Source of the DNA: a virus
Taxonomy: Duplodnaviria > Caudoviricetes
Reading direction: 5' to 3' (one strand)
Virus record (IMG/VR): IMGVR_UViG_3300006029_000009
Span: 1 to 51,563 of that record
Length of the DNA stretch: 51,563 nt
Made by a program: the position numbers and the translations under genes. The notes beneath the pieces are model-generated. The model saw only the letters and a list, made by a program, of their open reading frames with translations, ran no database searches and was not told the DNA's origin. The stretch's first letter is position 1. Each line of letters begins with the position of its first letter. Below are positions 16,745-25,761 of this stretch, piece by piece.

Positions 16745-19011
16745 TGCCACTTATCGTTATAACAGACAACTTAATTGTTCAGCATACTGTAGCGCCTGAT
16801 GCTGTATTTGCTGGATTATCAGAAGCATCTATACGCCAAGAAAACGCAGGAGCTAACTACTTTGCTGATGCTAATTTAGCTTTAGGTAATGGGGCAGGAG
16901 AGGCCAACGTTGGCATTTTGCATCTACTTGGTTTAGCTGCTGCTGCTATCCCCGTAACCGCAACTGTAGATTTTGCCACCTTGACTATGCCTTTCAATGG
17001 AGGTGGCTTCGGTTCATTTGGTATTTCTGCACATGCGTCACTACGTTCTGTAGTTCTAACAGAGGCTACTTACAACAGTTTTGCCACAGGCTCAAGCTGG
17101 GAAACGGCAGGTGCAAGAGGCGCACTAGATAAAAATGCTGCAACAGATCCTATTACAACTGTCTCTGACACTGACCCTGCTGTATTCGATATTTCTGATG
17201 CTGTTCAATCGTTAATTACAAACTCTGGCAACCAGATAATACTCTCACCTACACTTTTTGATGGTGATGGTGGTTTTCGGTTTTTTGCTAAAAGTACAGG
17301 TACAGACGGTACTCGTCCTGAAGTTGCTATTAGTTACAGTGTCGGCACTGTTGATGATACTGACCCAGATCAAATTACATTTACTGATCAGGCTGGCGTA
17401 GCGTTAAGCACTGTTACTACATCGAATGCTATCGCTATCGCTGGTATTGATGCTGCGGCACCGATAAGTATTGTTGGTGGCGAATACTCGATCAATGGTG
17501 GTGCGTTTACATCTGCATCGGGAACTATAACGGTAGGGCAAACGGTAGCAGTTCGCGGCACTTCTTCAGCAAGCAATTCAACTGATGTTGATGTTGTTCT
17601 TACGATCGGCACAATTACTGATACGTTTACAATTACTACAGCTACAGCATCGCTTTTCACTGATACAACTTATGACGGATCTGTTTTAAACTATGCAAAC
17701 ACGGAATCGTGGAAAGAGCTTATAGAGAATGATTATTCTGACGTTCTAGTTACTGGAGGTATAGTCCACTGGAGGGTAACTTCAGGCCCAACTACAGGCT
17801 CAACCGTTGGTGCCGATACCATTCCTGATTTTGCGAGCGGTGTATTGGGTGGTGAATATGAATACACTCATAATGGTGTTCGCTCGCCAACTTATACATG
17901 GACCATAGAAGACTTTACTCCGGTAACCAGTATCTCAGGTAATCAGGCAATTACCATTGCAGAAAATACAGTATTTTCTCAGATTTACACGATTACTAAT
18001 CCAGTTGGGCCGACAACGTTGGTAGGTGCCGATGCTGCACAATTAGCTTTAACTGATAACGGTACAAGCGTTACAGTTTCTCGCGCCAACTCGAATTTTG
18101 AAGCGCCTGCGGATGATGGAACAGATAATACTTACAACGCTACTGTTAGAAATAACGGTGTTGATTGGCCTTTCGTATTAACTGTTACAGATGACCCCAA
18201 CGAATTTACAATAGACGCAATAAGTAATGTTTCTATAAATGAAGGTGTTGGCTACGCTTCAGCAGCTCCGTCAATTACAGGTACACCAGAAGCGCCGATA
18301 ACATGGACTTTAACTGGTGCTGATTCTGCACAATTTACAGTTAATAGCTCAACTGGTGTTACTAGCATGGTTGCTAGAACGTTTGCCACTCCTGTAGATG
18401 CCAACGGTAATAACATTTACGAAGTCGGTTTAATCGCAACTGAGGCGGCTGGCCAAACAGCAACTCAGGCATGGACCTTAACAGTTAATGATACAAGCGT
18501 GCCAGACACGACGGCACCTGTTATCTCGATCACCGGAGGCTATGTAGATGGCGATTCATTACCAGCTATAACCGTTGGCGATAACTTTACTGCTCCAACT
18601 GCTACAGCCAGTGATGCTATCGACGGGGCAATAACTCCAGTAGTAACAAATAATGTAAACGTCTCTCAGGCTGGTGTGTACTCGGTAACATACACTGCTA
18701 CAGATGCCGCAGGCAATGAAACGGTAGCTACATTGGCTCAGCTTGTACAGATACAGGTAGATGCAACCCCACCAACTATTACTGATATTATTGTGCCGAC
18801 TGTCGACATAGCGGCGGGCTCAACATTTGCAGTTACATTTACGAGCAATGAAGCGGGATTGGCGTATTGGGCTATAACAAATTCAGCCACGCCACCTCCG
18901 CAGCCTTTTGAAGACAACCAAGTAATGACGGCCGGTCCAAACACTATTAATATTAACGCTGGCGCAGTTACGAGCACACACTTACACTTTTACACCGAGG
19001 ACAACGCATAA
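16744..19011 (+). CDS. Ig/cadherin-repeat adhesin with an N-terminal DNRLRE/CBM96-like domain
   Basis: ATYN...W.TAGA.G..D...RPE..ISY; GADAAQ..NFEAPADDGTDNTYN cadherin motifs; DTTAPVISI...Y.VTY.ATDAAGN. Confidence 0.75.
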   Translation: MPLIVITDNLIVQHTVAPDAVFAGLSEASIRQENAGANYFADANLALGNGAGEANVGILHLLGLAAAAIPVTATVDFATLTMPFNGGGFGSFGISAHASLRSVVLTEATYNSFATGSSWETAGARGALDKNAATDPITTVSDTDPAVFDISDAVQSLITNSGNQIILSPTLFDGDGGFRFFAKSTGTDGTRPEVAISYSVGTVDDTDPDQITFTDQAGVALSTVTTSNAIAIAGIDAAAPISIVGGEYSINGGAFTSASGTITVGQTVAVRGTSSASNSTDVDVVLTIGTITDTFTITTATASLFTDTTYDGSVLNYANTESWKELIENDYSDVLVTGGIVHWRVTSGPTTGSTVGADTIPDFASGVLGGEYEYTHNGVRSPTYTWTIEDFTPVTSISGNQAITIAENTVFSQIYTITNPVGPTTLVGADAAQLALTDNGTSVTVSRANSNFEAPADDGTDNTYNATVRNNGVDWPFVLTVTDDPNEFTIDAISNVSINEGVGYASAAPSITGTPEAPITWTLTGADSAQFTVNSSTGVTSMVARTFATPVDANGNNIYEVGLIATEAAGQTATQAWTLTVNDTSVPDTTAPVISITGGYVDGDSLPAITVGDNFTAPTATASDAIDGAITPVVTNNVNVSQAGVYSVTYTATDAAGNETVATLAQLVQIQVDATPPTITDIIVPTVDIAAGSTFAVTFTSNEAGLAYWAITNSATPPPQPFEDNQVMTAGPNTININAGAVTSTHLHFYTEDNA

Positions 19012-20252
19012 TGCCTAACTCCACGGCAATACAGACATTCCCTATTTCAGTTGTTGTACTGGCGGTATCTGGAGATCAATCACCGCAAATAGCAGAGCGT
19101 GCCACGGCGGTATCAAATTACTCGGCCACAGGGGAGATTGGTGTAGTTGCATATACGCTATCCGGTGTTGATAGTGCTCTTTTTTCTATTGACGCCCAAG
19201 GCAACCTTGTTTTTCAATTGCCGCCAGATTTTGAGCTACCTTCAGATGATGGGACCGACAATGCTTACAATGTAAACGTTGTTGCTACTGACGATGTGGC
19301 AAGCGTTACATATCCGGTTCAAGTAAGTGTTTTAGATGTATACGAGAATTTGCCACCGGTCGTACAAAATCAATCTGCCGAGATTCTTGATAACGCAGAT
19401 ATTGGTCTTACAGTAGCGGTACTGGCAGGAGTAGACACTGAGGTATTGTCGTATTCAATCGTTAGCGGAAACACAGGGAATGCGTTTTCTATAGTGGGCC
19501 CAACCATTCAGGTCGCCGCACCACTGGATTTTGACCAGATTGCATCTTACTCGCTTATTATAAGGGCGAGTGACGGGCTATTAACGGCTGACTTCACGCT
19601 TACAGTTGATCTTGTAAAATATATCGATCTTGAGCATCCGCTAATCGACATAGAGACTCTTTTTCCCGAGGTTCACGCAGAGATACCGCTATCATCATTC
19701 GATTTACGAATGTTTCACGCCCGCCATGCAATTATTGAATTTTGCAAAGAGACGTATTATTGGCAGCAAGAGTTAGAAGGCATGGCTCTCAACACGTTAA
19801 GTAATCGCTATCAAATAGTTGCGCCAGCTAATACAGTTATTGTCGATATTGAGTCAATCGCAACCAAGGATGCTAGCGGCAGCGTTATAACTATGACCGA
19901 AGGCTACAATGATATGCGACAGCCTTCATTCAGAAAATTGTCACCTACAATTATCGAGGTGTACAACCAAGACAATATATCAGACGCTCTCAATCTCACA
20001 GTTGCGCTACAGCCAAGCCATGACGCTGCGCAGTACTCAAGAGACATACATGATCGATATTACGAAACGATCATAGCAGGCATTAAATCAAGACTGCTTG
20101 GTATGAGTGGGGAGACATGGGAAGACGCAAACAAATCAAATTATTATCGCTCGGTTTTTCTTAATGGAGTCGCAAACGCAAGGCGTGAGGTAGAGCGGGG
20201 TTATAACTATCAATACGATCCTTCGGTACAGCAAAGAAGGGATTATTTTTAG
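19011..20252 (+). CDS. two cadherin domains fused to a podovirus neck/adaptor-like domain
   Basis: YTLSGVDSALFSID...PDFE.P.D...DN.Y and YSIVSGNTGNAF...LDFD cadherin repeats; C-terminal ARHAIIEFCKETYYW...VALQPS...IIAG..SRL..M....W. Confidence 0.7.
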   Translation: MPNSTAIQTFPISVVVLAVSGDQSPQIAERATAVSNYSATGEIGVVAYTLSGVDSALFSIDAQGNLVFQLPPDFELPSDDGTDNAYNVNVVATDDVASVTYPVQVSVLDVYENLPPVVQNQSAEILDNADIGLTVAVLAGVDTEVLSYSIVSGNTGNAFSIVGPTIQVAAPLDFDQIASYSLIIRASDGLLTADFTLTVDLVKYIDLEHPLIDIETLFPEVHAEIPLSSFDLRMFHARHAIIEFCKETYYWQQELEGMALNTLSNRYQIVAPANTVIVDIESIATKDASGSVITMTEGYNDMRQPSFRKLSPTIIEVYNQDNISDALNLTVALQPSHDAAQYSRDIHDRYYETIIAGIKSRLLGMSGETWEDANKSNYYRSVFLNGVANARREVERGYNYQYDPSVQQRRDYF

Positions 20253-20271
20253 TTTAATACAAGTAAGCCAC

Positions 20272-20295
20272 AAACCCCTTAATTGGGGTTTTTTT
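20272..20295 (+). terminator. intrinsic terminator
   Basis: AAACCCC-TTAATT-GGGGTTT followed by a T run. Confidence 0.75.
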
Positions 20296-20308
20296 ATATC
20301 TGGAACCT

Positions 20309-20830
20309 ATGAACTTAGAAGAAAAAAAAGAACGACTGATTGAATTAGCTGGGAGCATGAAAGAGCAGCCATTATTGTTTGCTCAGTCGTTAGCCAAGGG
20401 CAGTACTCAGACCAAAGCATACTTGGATGCTGGTTATGCAAGTGAGACTCCGCGAATACATGCGTGCCAGTTGCTAGTGACAAATAGTAACGTTAACGAA
20501 TATGTGGAGACATCTAAAGAGATAGCGGCAGAAGAAGCACAGGCGGCACTTAATTACAGTGAAGAGGACTGGCTAAGAGATTCCTTGTCCATACTACGCA
20601 TGGCAACTGGCGAGGCTGAGAGGGTCGAAACAGCTGTTGTAGAGGGTGTCAAACTTGGCGAAATTACGCATAAAAAGGTAGAGCTGGCGGTAGCTAAGGG
20701 AATGATGGAGTTGCTGGGCAAGAGATATGGATTGCTTACAGATAAAACCGAAAATAAAACCGATATTAAGTTTGAGGGAATGAGCGACGATGAGCTTAAC
20801 ACAGCAATCGCAAAACTCACTCAGCCGTGA
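20309..20830 (+). CDS. terS: terminase small subunit
   Basis: Q..FA...TQTKAYLDAGY...A.QLL...V..Y and ELLGKRYGL.TDK.E. Confidence 0.85.
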   Translation: MNLEEKKERLIELAGSMKEQPLLFAQSLAKGSTQTKAYLDAGYASETPRIHACQLLVTNSNVNEYVETSKEIAAEEAQAALNYSEEDWLRDSLSILRMATGEAERVETAVVEGVKLGEITHKKVELAVAKGMMELLGKRYGLLTDKTENKTDIKFEGMSDDELNTAIAKLTQP

Positions 20831-21506
20831 TCAAAGGGTAATTCTGGCCCAACTGCTGGAGGAAAAGGCAAGGAGGAAGAAATATAACGCGATAAAAGAG
20901 CTATTTCCCGAAAAGGGTGATCTCAGAAGAGAATTGTACCCAAAGCACTTGGAGTTTTTCACGGCGGGGAAGGCACACAAAGAAAGATTGTTTATGGCCG
21001 GTAATCGGGTCGGTAAAACCGTTGCCGGTGGAGCCGAAGTTGTTTACCACATGACTGGTGATTATCCGCATTGGTGGACTGGCTTTAGGTTTTCTCGTCC
21101 GGTTAGAGTTTTGGTTGCAGGCGATACCGCCGCAACAACTAGAGATATTTTGCAAGAGAAGCTGTTTGGCTCTCACGACGATATTGGCTCTGGCTTAATC
21201 CCGAAAAAATCAATAATCACAACTCAGTCAAAAATGGGTGTAGCTAAAGCGCTTGAGTCAGCAAGAATTGCTGGGGAATTTGGGCGGTCAACAATAATGA
21301 TGCGGTCCTACGATCAAGGCCGAAGAATTTTTCAGGGTTTTGAGGCCGATATTATTTGGTTTGATGAAGAGGTTCCTGAGGATGTTTATTCGGAGGCGCT
21401 AGTTAGGTTAATGACAACAAACGGCTTGATGATAATGACGTATACGCCAATTAACGGATTGACCCCACTTACTGTTTCATTTTTAGAAACGGCAAATCTG
21501 CTATGA
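20790..21506 (+). CDS. terL: terminase large subunit, ATPase half (P22-like)
   Basis: Walker A MAGNRVGKT, Walker B IIWFDEE, coupling motif TYTP. Confidence 0.9.
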   Translation: MSLTQQSQNSLSRDQRVILAQLLEEKARRKKYNAIKELFPEKGDLRRELYPKHLEFFTAGKAHKERLFMAGNRVGKTVAGGAEVVYHMTGDYPHWWTGFRFSRPVRVLVAGDTAATTRDILQEKLFGSHDDIGSGLIPKKSIITTQSKMGVAKALESARIAGEFGRSTIMMRSYDQGRRIFQGFEADIIWFDEEVPEDVYSEALVRLMTTNGLMIMTYTPINGLTPLTVSFLETANLL

Positions 21507-22219
21507 GTAGAGCGGTTATTACAGCAGGGTGGGATGATGTTCCTCATTTATCGCAGCAACAAAAAGATGAATTACTTGCATCATTACCGCCACACCAGCG
21601 AGAAGCTAGATCGAAAGGTGTCCCAACCATGGGGGCGGGTGCGATCTATCCAATTCTTGAAGGCGATATTATCTGCGACCCTTTCGAAATACCCAAACAC
21701 TGGGCTTTGGCTTATGGGATGGACGTTGGATGGAAATGCACAGCGTCGGTCTGGGGCGCGCTGGATCGTGATTCAGATGTTCTTTATTTGTACTCAGAGC
21801 ATTACAGGGGTCAAGCCGAGCCGAGCATACATGCAGAATCAATTAAGGGTAGAGGTGATTGGATTAAAGGCGCGATTGATCCAGCAAGTCGTGCGTCAGG
21901 TCAAAAAGACGGCGAGAATTTAATGGATACTTATGAAAGCCTTGGTTTAAATTTAACGAAGGCAGACAACGCGGTTGAGGCGGGGATACTGGAAGTTTAT
22001 CAGCGTCTATCTTCCGGCAAGCTAAAGGTGTTCTCCACTCTTCAAAATTGGCTAAAAGAATACAGAATTTACAGGCGAGACGAGAAGGGCAAAATTGTTA
22101 AACAAAATGATCATATTATGGATGCGACGAGATACTTAGTTATGACCGGATTATCAATAGCATCAACTAAACCAATGCCGATCGATCTTAGTCGGTCAAC
22201 TGACTGGAGAACAATGTGA
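21503..22219 (+). CDS. terL: terminase large subunit, nuclease half
   Basis: WDDVPHL, GMDVGW, IDPAS and Y.RDEKG.IVK..DH.MDA.RY. Confidence 0.9.
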   Translation: MSRAVITAGWDDVPHLSQQQKDELLASLPPHQREARSKGVPTMGAGAIYPILEGDIICDPFEIPKHWALAYGMDVGWKCTASVWGALDRDSDVLYLYSEHYRGQAEPSIHAESIKGRGDWIKGAIDPASRASGQKDGENLMDTYESLGLNLTKADNAVEAGILEVYQRLSSGKLKVFSTLQNWLKEYRIYRRDEKGKIVKQNDHIMDATRYLVMTGLSIASTKPMPIDLSRSTDWRTM

Positions 22220-24309
22220 TCCACGACGAAGCGAAAACCGGCATGGACATTTTAAAGCTTAAAGAAATTATTGGTGATATATCGAAGCAACCGGAATGGC
22301 GAAGTGTTGCGGATAAGTGCGTCAATTTTTACGACGACAAGCAGATTGATCCAGCAGTTGCGGCAGCGAAAGCAGAAAGAGGGCAGCCAAACCACGTTAA
22401 TAACTTAATTCGTCCAGCTATTGACGGTGTGCTCGGCATGGAAGCTAAGACACGAACAGATTGGATTGTTAGAGCAGATAATGATGAACATGCAGAAGTA
22501 GGTGACGGGCTTAACGTGGAGCTTAACGAAGCTGCGCGAATAACTGATGCAAACAGAGCAGTATCAGACGCCTATGCTGGTCAAATTAAAGCGGGCCTGA
22601 ATTGGGTCGAAATAAACCGCAATACCGATCCGTTTAAATACAAGTACAGGGTCAATACAGTTCATCGCAACGAAATATACTGGGACTGGCACAGCAAGAA
22701 TGCAGACCTAAGTGATGCGCGATGGCTCAAAAGAAAGAGGTGGTATGAGATAGATCAAGCGGAAATGATGTTTCCCGATCATAAAGACCTTTTGCGGATG
22801 ACTAAGAACAACTGGCAGTCTTTTATTGTTGATTATGATAACGATGAATCTCAATACAAAAGCTTGCTTGGTGCCTATTCGGATTTCAGTGAATCTCACT
22901 TGAATCAAGATGAGTGGCTAGACACTAACAATAATCGCGTAATGATTTATGAGCTTTGGTATCGAGAATGGGTTAGAAAGCCCGTGATCCGCTTTGGTGA
23001 TCAATCCGCAGTTTTAAATGTTAAAAACCCGATTCATCAAAACCTTTTATCTCTCGGAAAAGCTGAAGTAGTTAACGCTAATTTTGCTGTAATGCGGTTG
23101 GCGTATTTTATTGGCTGTCATCGTGTGGTTGATATTCCTAGCCCGTTGCCGCACGATAAATTCCCGTATGTGCCATTTTGGGGATACAAAGAAGACTTGA
23201 CCGGCATACCGTATGGCTTGATTCGCGGAATGCTGTCACCGCAAGAAGAGGTTAATAATCGTCGGTCAAAACTAACAAGCCAGCTTAATTCGTTTAATAT
23301 GTTCGTTGATGAGGATGCGTTAAAGGGAATGAGCCCGAATCAAGCTATGGATCAAGCGTATCGTGCAGACAGTATGTACCACTTAAACGCTAATCGAAAA
23401 AACGCTAATGGCTTTAGGATTGAGAGAGAGCAAAGTATTGCCGCTCAACAATACGACATGATGCGCGACGATCAAAAAATGATACAGGAAGTGGCGGGCA
23501 TTTATTCTTCATTCTTGGGTCAGAATTCAAGTGCCTCGTCCGGTATAGCTATCAACTCTTTGGTTGAGCAGTCAGCAACAACTCTCGGTGAGATAAACGA
23601 TAACTATCGGCACAGTCGACGCATGGTAGGCGAGCTATTACTTGATTTTATTGTTGATGACTTGAAAGAAAAAGAAAATCACGAAGTTAAAATAAAAGGA
23701 GAGGTTGGCAGTAGGTCAAAAGTAGTTGTACTGAACCAGAAGAATGAATACGGCTTAGTCGATAATGATGTAGTTTCAACTAAAGCAAAGGTTGTTCTTG
23801 GCGATATTCAATCATCTTCAGGCTATCGTCAGCAAAATTCACAGCAGCTAATGCAGATTATCCAAACTCTGCCGGATGAAGCTAAGCAGGCACTAATGCC
23901 GTTTTGGTTGAGAACCACAGATCATCCAGATAGGGAAAAAATGGTAGCTGAGGTAATGAAACTTAGCGGTCAAGGTATCGATCCAGAAAGTATGACGCCA
24001 GAAGAGCAACAAGCAGCACAGCAACAGCAGGCAGCGCAACAACGTCAAATGCAAATACAGCAAATGATGGAACAGCTATCGATAGAAAAGGCTAATCTTG
24101 AGCTGGGAGAAATGCAGCAAAAAGTTAGAAAGCTTGAGCTTGAAAATATGACAGCAGAGCAGAAGCAAAATCTAGTCGGCATAGAAGAGCAGCAGGCAAT
24201 TACTGACCTACAGATGACAAAAGCAAATATTAAAAAGCTAGTAACCGAAGTGGCGCTTATGCGCACGGCCCCCGTAACGCAATCACAGGAATTAATAAAC
24301 CATGTTTGA
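22216..24309 (+). CDS. portal protein (P22-like podovirus type)
   Basis: N.I.P.ID.V.G.E, D.SDARW, FPYVPF, YGLIR.M..PQ.E.N.R.SK, SG.AI; Gln-rich coiled-coil C-terminal barrel. Confidence 0.9.
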   Translation: MIHDEAKTGMDILKLKEIIGDISKQPEWRSVADKCVNFYDDKQIDPAVAAAKAERGQPNHVNNLIRPAIDGVLGMEAKTRTDWIVRADNDEHAEVGDGLNVELNEAARITDANRAVSDAYAGQIKAGLNWVEINRNTDPFKYKYRVNTVHRNEIYWDWHSKNADLSDARWLKRKRWYEIDQAEMMFPDHKDLLRMTKNNWQSFIVDYDNDESQYKSLLGAYSDFSESHLNQDEWLDTNNNRVMIYELWYREWVRKPVIRFGDQSAVLNVKNPIHQNLLSLGKAEVVNANFAVMRLAYFIGCHRVVDIPSPLPHDKFPYVPFWGYKEDLTGIPYGLIRGMLSPQEEVNNRRSKLTSQLNSFNMFVDEDALKGMSPNQAMDQAYRADSMYHLNANRKNANGFRIEREQSIAAQQYDMMRDDQKMIQEVAGIYSSFLGQNSSASSGIAINSLVEQSATTLGEINDNYRHSRRMVGELLLDFIVDDLKEKENHEVKIKGEVGSRSKVVVLNQKNEYGLVDNDVVSTKAKVVLGDIQSSSGYRQQNSQQLMQIIQTLPDEAKQALMPFWLRTTDHPDREKMVAEVMKLSGQGIDPESMTPEEQQAAQQQQAAQQRQMQIQQMMEQLSIEKANLELGEMQQKVRKLELENMTAEQKQNLVGIEEQQAITDLQMTKANIKKLVTEVALMRTAPVTQSQELINHV

Positions 24310-24550
24310 TCAATCAAAGCCCAAAATGCTTGTCTATGTTGACGGCAAAGAATCCATTGGCTCTTTTGAATTATCAGATGACAGCCATACCGTAGCTTTA
24401 AAGATTGGCGGAAATGAAGCGGTATTTAAGTTTACCGATCTTCAAGTCGCATTAAACGGGTTAGTTTTAGTTGCTAATGAAAAGACTAGGGCTAAACAAT
24501 CTGAAGAACAAGCAAAAAGAGAAGCCGCAAAGCAAGAAGGCTTAATTTAA
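24302..24550 (+). CDS. hypothetical protein
   Basis: Overlaps the portal stop codon; followed by terminators. Confidence 0.65.
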   Translation: MFDQSKPKMLVYVDGKESIGSFELSDDSHTVALKIGGNEAVFKFTDLQVALNGLVLVANEKTRAKQSEEQAKREAAKQEGLI

Positions 24551-24557
24551 AAGCAGA

Positions 24558-24636
24558 GAGCCCTTAACGGGCTTTTTTTTCGACCAGAATTTAACAAAAC
24601 AGTATTTCGCACAAGCCGCTTAATTGCGGTTTTTTT
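24558..24636 (+). terminator. tandem intrinsic terminator-like hairpins
   Basis: GAGCCC-TTAAC-GGGCTT plus T run (24558-24580) and AAGCCGC-TTAATT-GCGGTTT plus T run (24613-24636). Confidence 0.7.
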
Positions 24637-24713
24637 GTGCCCGAATTTTCGTAAGCCTGAGCGATAGAAGGCAAAAACCTACGCATTCATGCGACAAATG
24701 AAGAGAGAAAAGT

Positions 24714-25748
24714 ATGTCAGAGTTAAGTGATCAAGCAATAGACGATGCCGTGGCAAGTGGCGATTTGGATGCAATCAATAAGTTATTGGACGCATACGAA
24801 GAAGTAGGAGCCGAGGAAAAAGAGGTCGAAGATCCGAAAGAAGAATTGGCGTTAAGTGATGTTCCAGCTGAAGAGGAAAGCCCCGATCAGGCCGAATCAA
24901 AAGCAGAGGAAGACACTAAACCCAAAACTGAAGACGGTGACAGCGAAGCGACCAGCGCACCAGAAGGTATTTTAACTAAAGATGGCAAGCATGTAATGCC
25001 CTACGCTCGATTCGAGCAAAAGCAGAAGCAGGTTGCCGAACGTGATCAAGAAATTTCATCTCTTAAAACGCAGATGGAGGATCTTAAAAAAGCATCGGAG
25101 GAAAATAGCGGCCTTTTAAATAAATTGAAGGAGTCGGGTGTTGATCCAGAAAACATCAATGACCCCAGCAATTTAACAGAGGAACAGCTAGAAGCTCTCG
25201 ATGAGTTCGACGATCTCGGTCAAACAGTTAAAGCCGTCTATCAGAAAGCAGATGCACAAAGCAAAAGAGTGGAAGCACTTGAGTCGCAGATTGCGAAGCT
25301 TTTAAAGCAAAACGAACCGAAAGATGAAGGTATGGCGGCTATTGAGTCAGACCCAAACCTAGGCGAGTGGATTAACGACCCTGATATATGGCCAATTGCA
25401 CAAGCGCACGACACTACGCTTCAAGCCTTGCCGCAATATAAAGACCTCTCTCTAAAACAACGCATCCCTGAAATTGTAAAGCGTGTTCAAGCTGACCTTG
25501 GAATTACGCCTTTTGATAACGCGAAAGCGGAGCCAAAGGTTGACCCCGAGAAGTTAGCGGGACAGATCGCTCAAAAACAGCTTCAGGACAAACAACAAAT
25601 CCCGTCCTCACTTACCGAATCCGGCACTTCTCCCTCGGTTGAAAAATCGTTTGTGGAGCAGATAGCCGAACTTTCTGGACAGGCGCAAATTGACGCTTTA
25701 GAAAAGCTCACGCCCGCCATGAGAGCACAGGTATTCGAGGCGATTTAA
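24714..25748 (+). CDS. capsid scaffolding protein
   Basis: Acidic coiled coil with ILTKDGKHVMPY and P.SL motifs, directly before the capsid gene. Confidence 0.8.
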   Translation: MSELSDQAIDDAVASGDLDAINKLLDAYEEVGAEEKEVEDPKEELALSDVPAEEESPDQAESKAEEDTKPKTEDGDSEATSAPEGILTKDGKHVMPYARFEQKQKQVAERDQEISSLKTQMEDLKKASEENSGLLNKLKESGVDPENINDPSNLTEEQLEALDEFDDLGQTVKAVYQKADAQSKRVEALESQIAKLLKQNEPKDEGMAAIESDPNLGEWINDPDIWPIAQAHDTTLQALPQYKDLSLKQRIPEIVKRVQADLGITPFDNAKAEPKVDPEKLAGQIAQKQLQDKQQIPSSLTESGTSPSVEKSFVEQIAELSGQAQIDALEKLTPAMRAQVFEAI

Positions 25749-25761
25749 TTAGGAGGCTATC

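Noticed and set aside
23990-24070. CAG/CAA-rich repeat
   Set aside because: It encodes the Gln-rich coiled coil of the portal C-terminus
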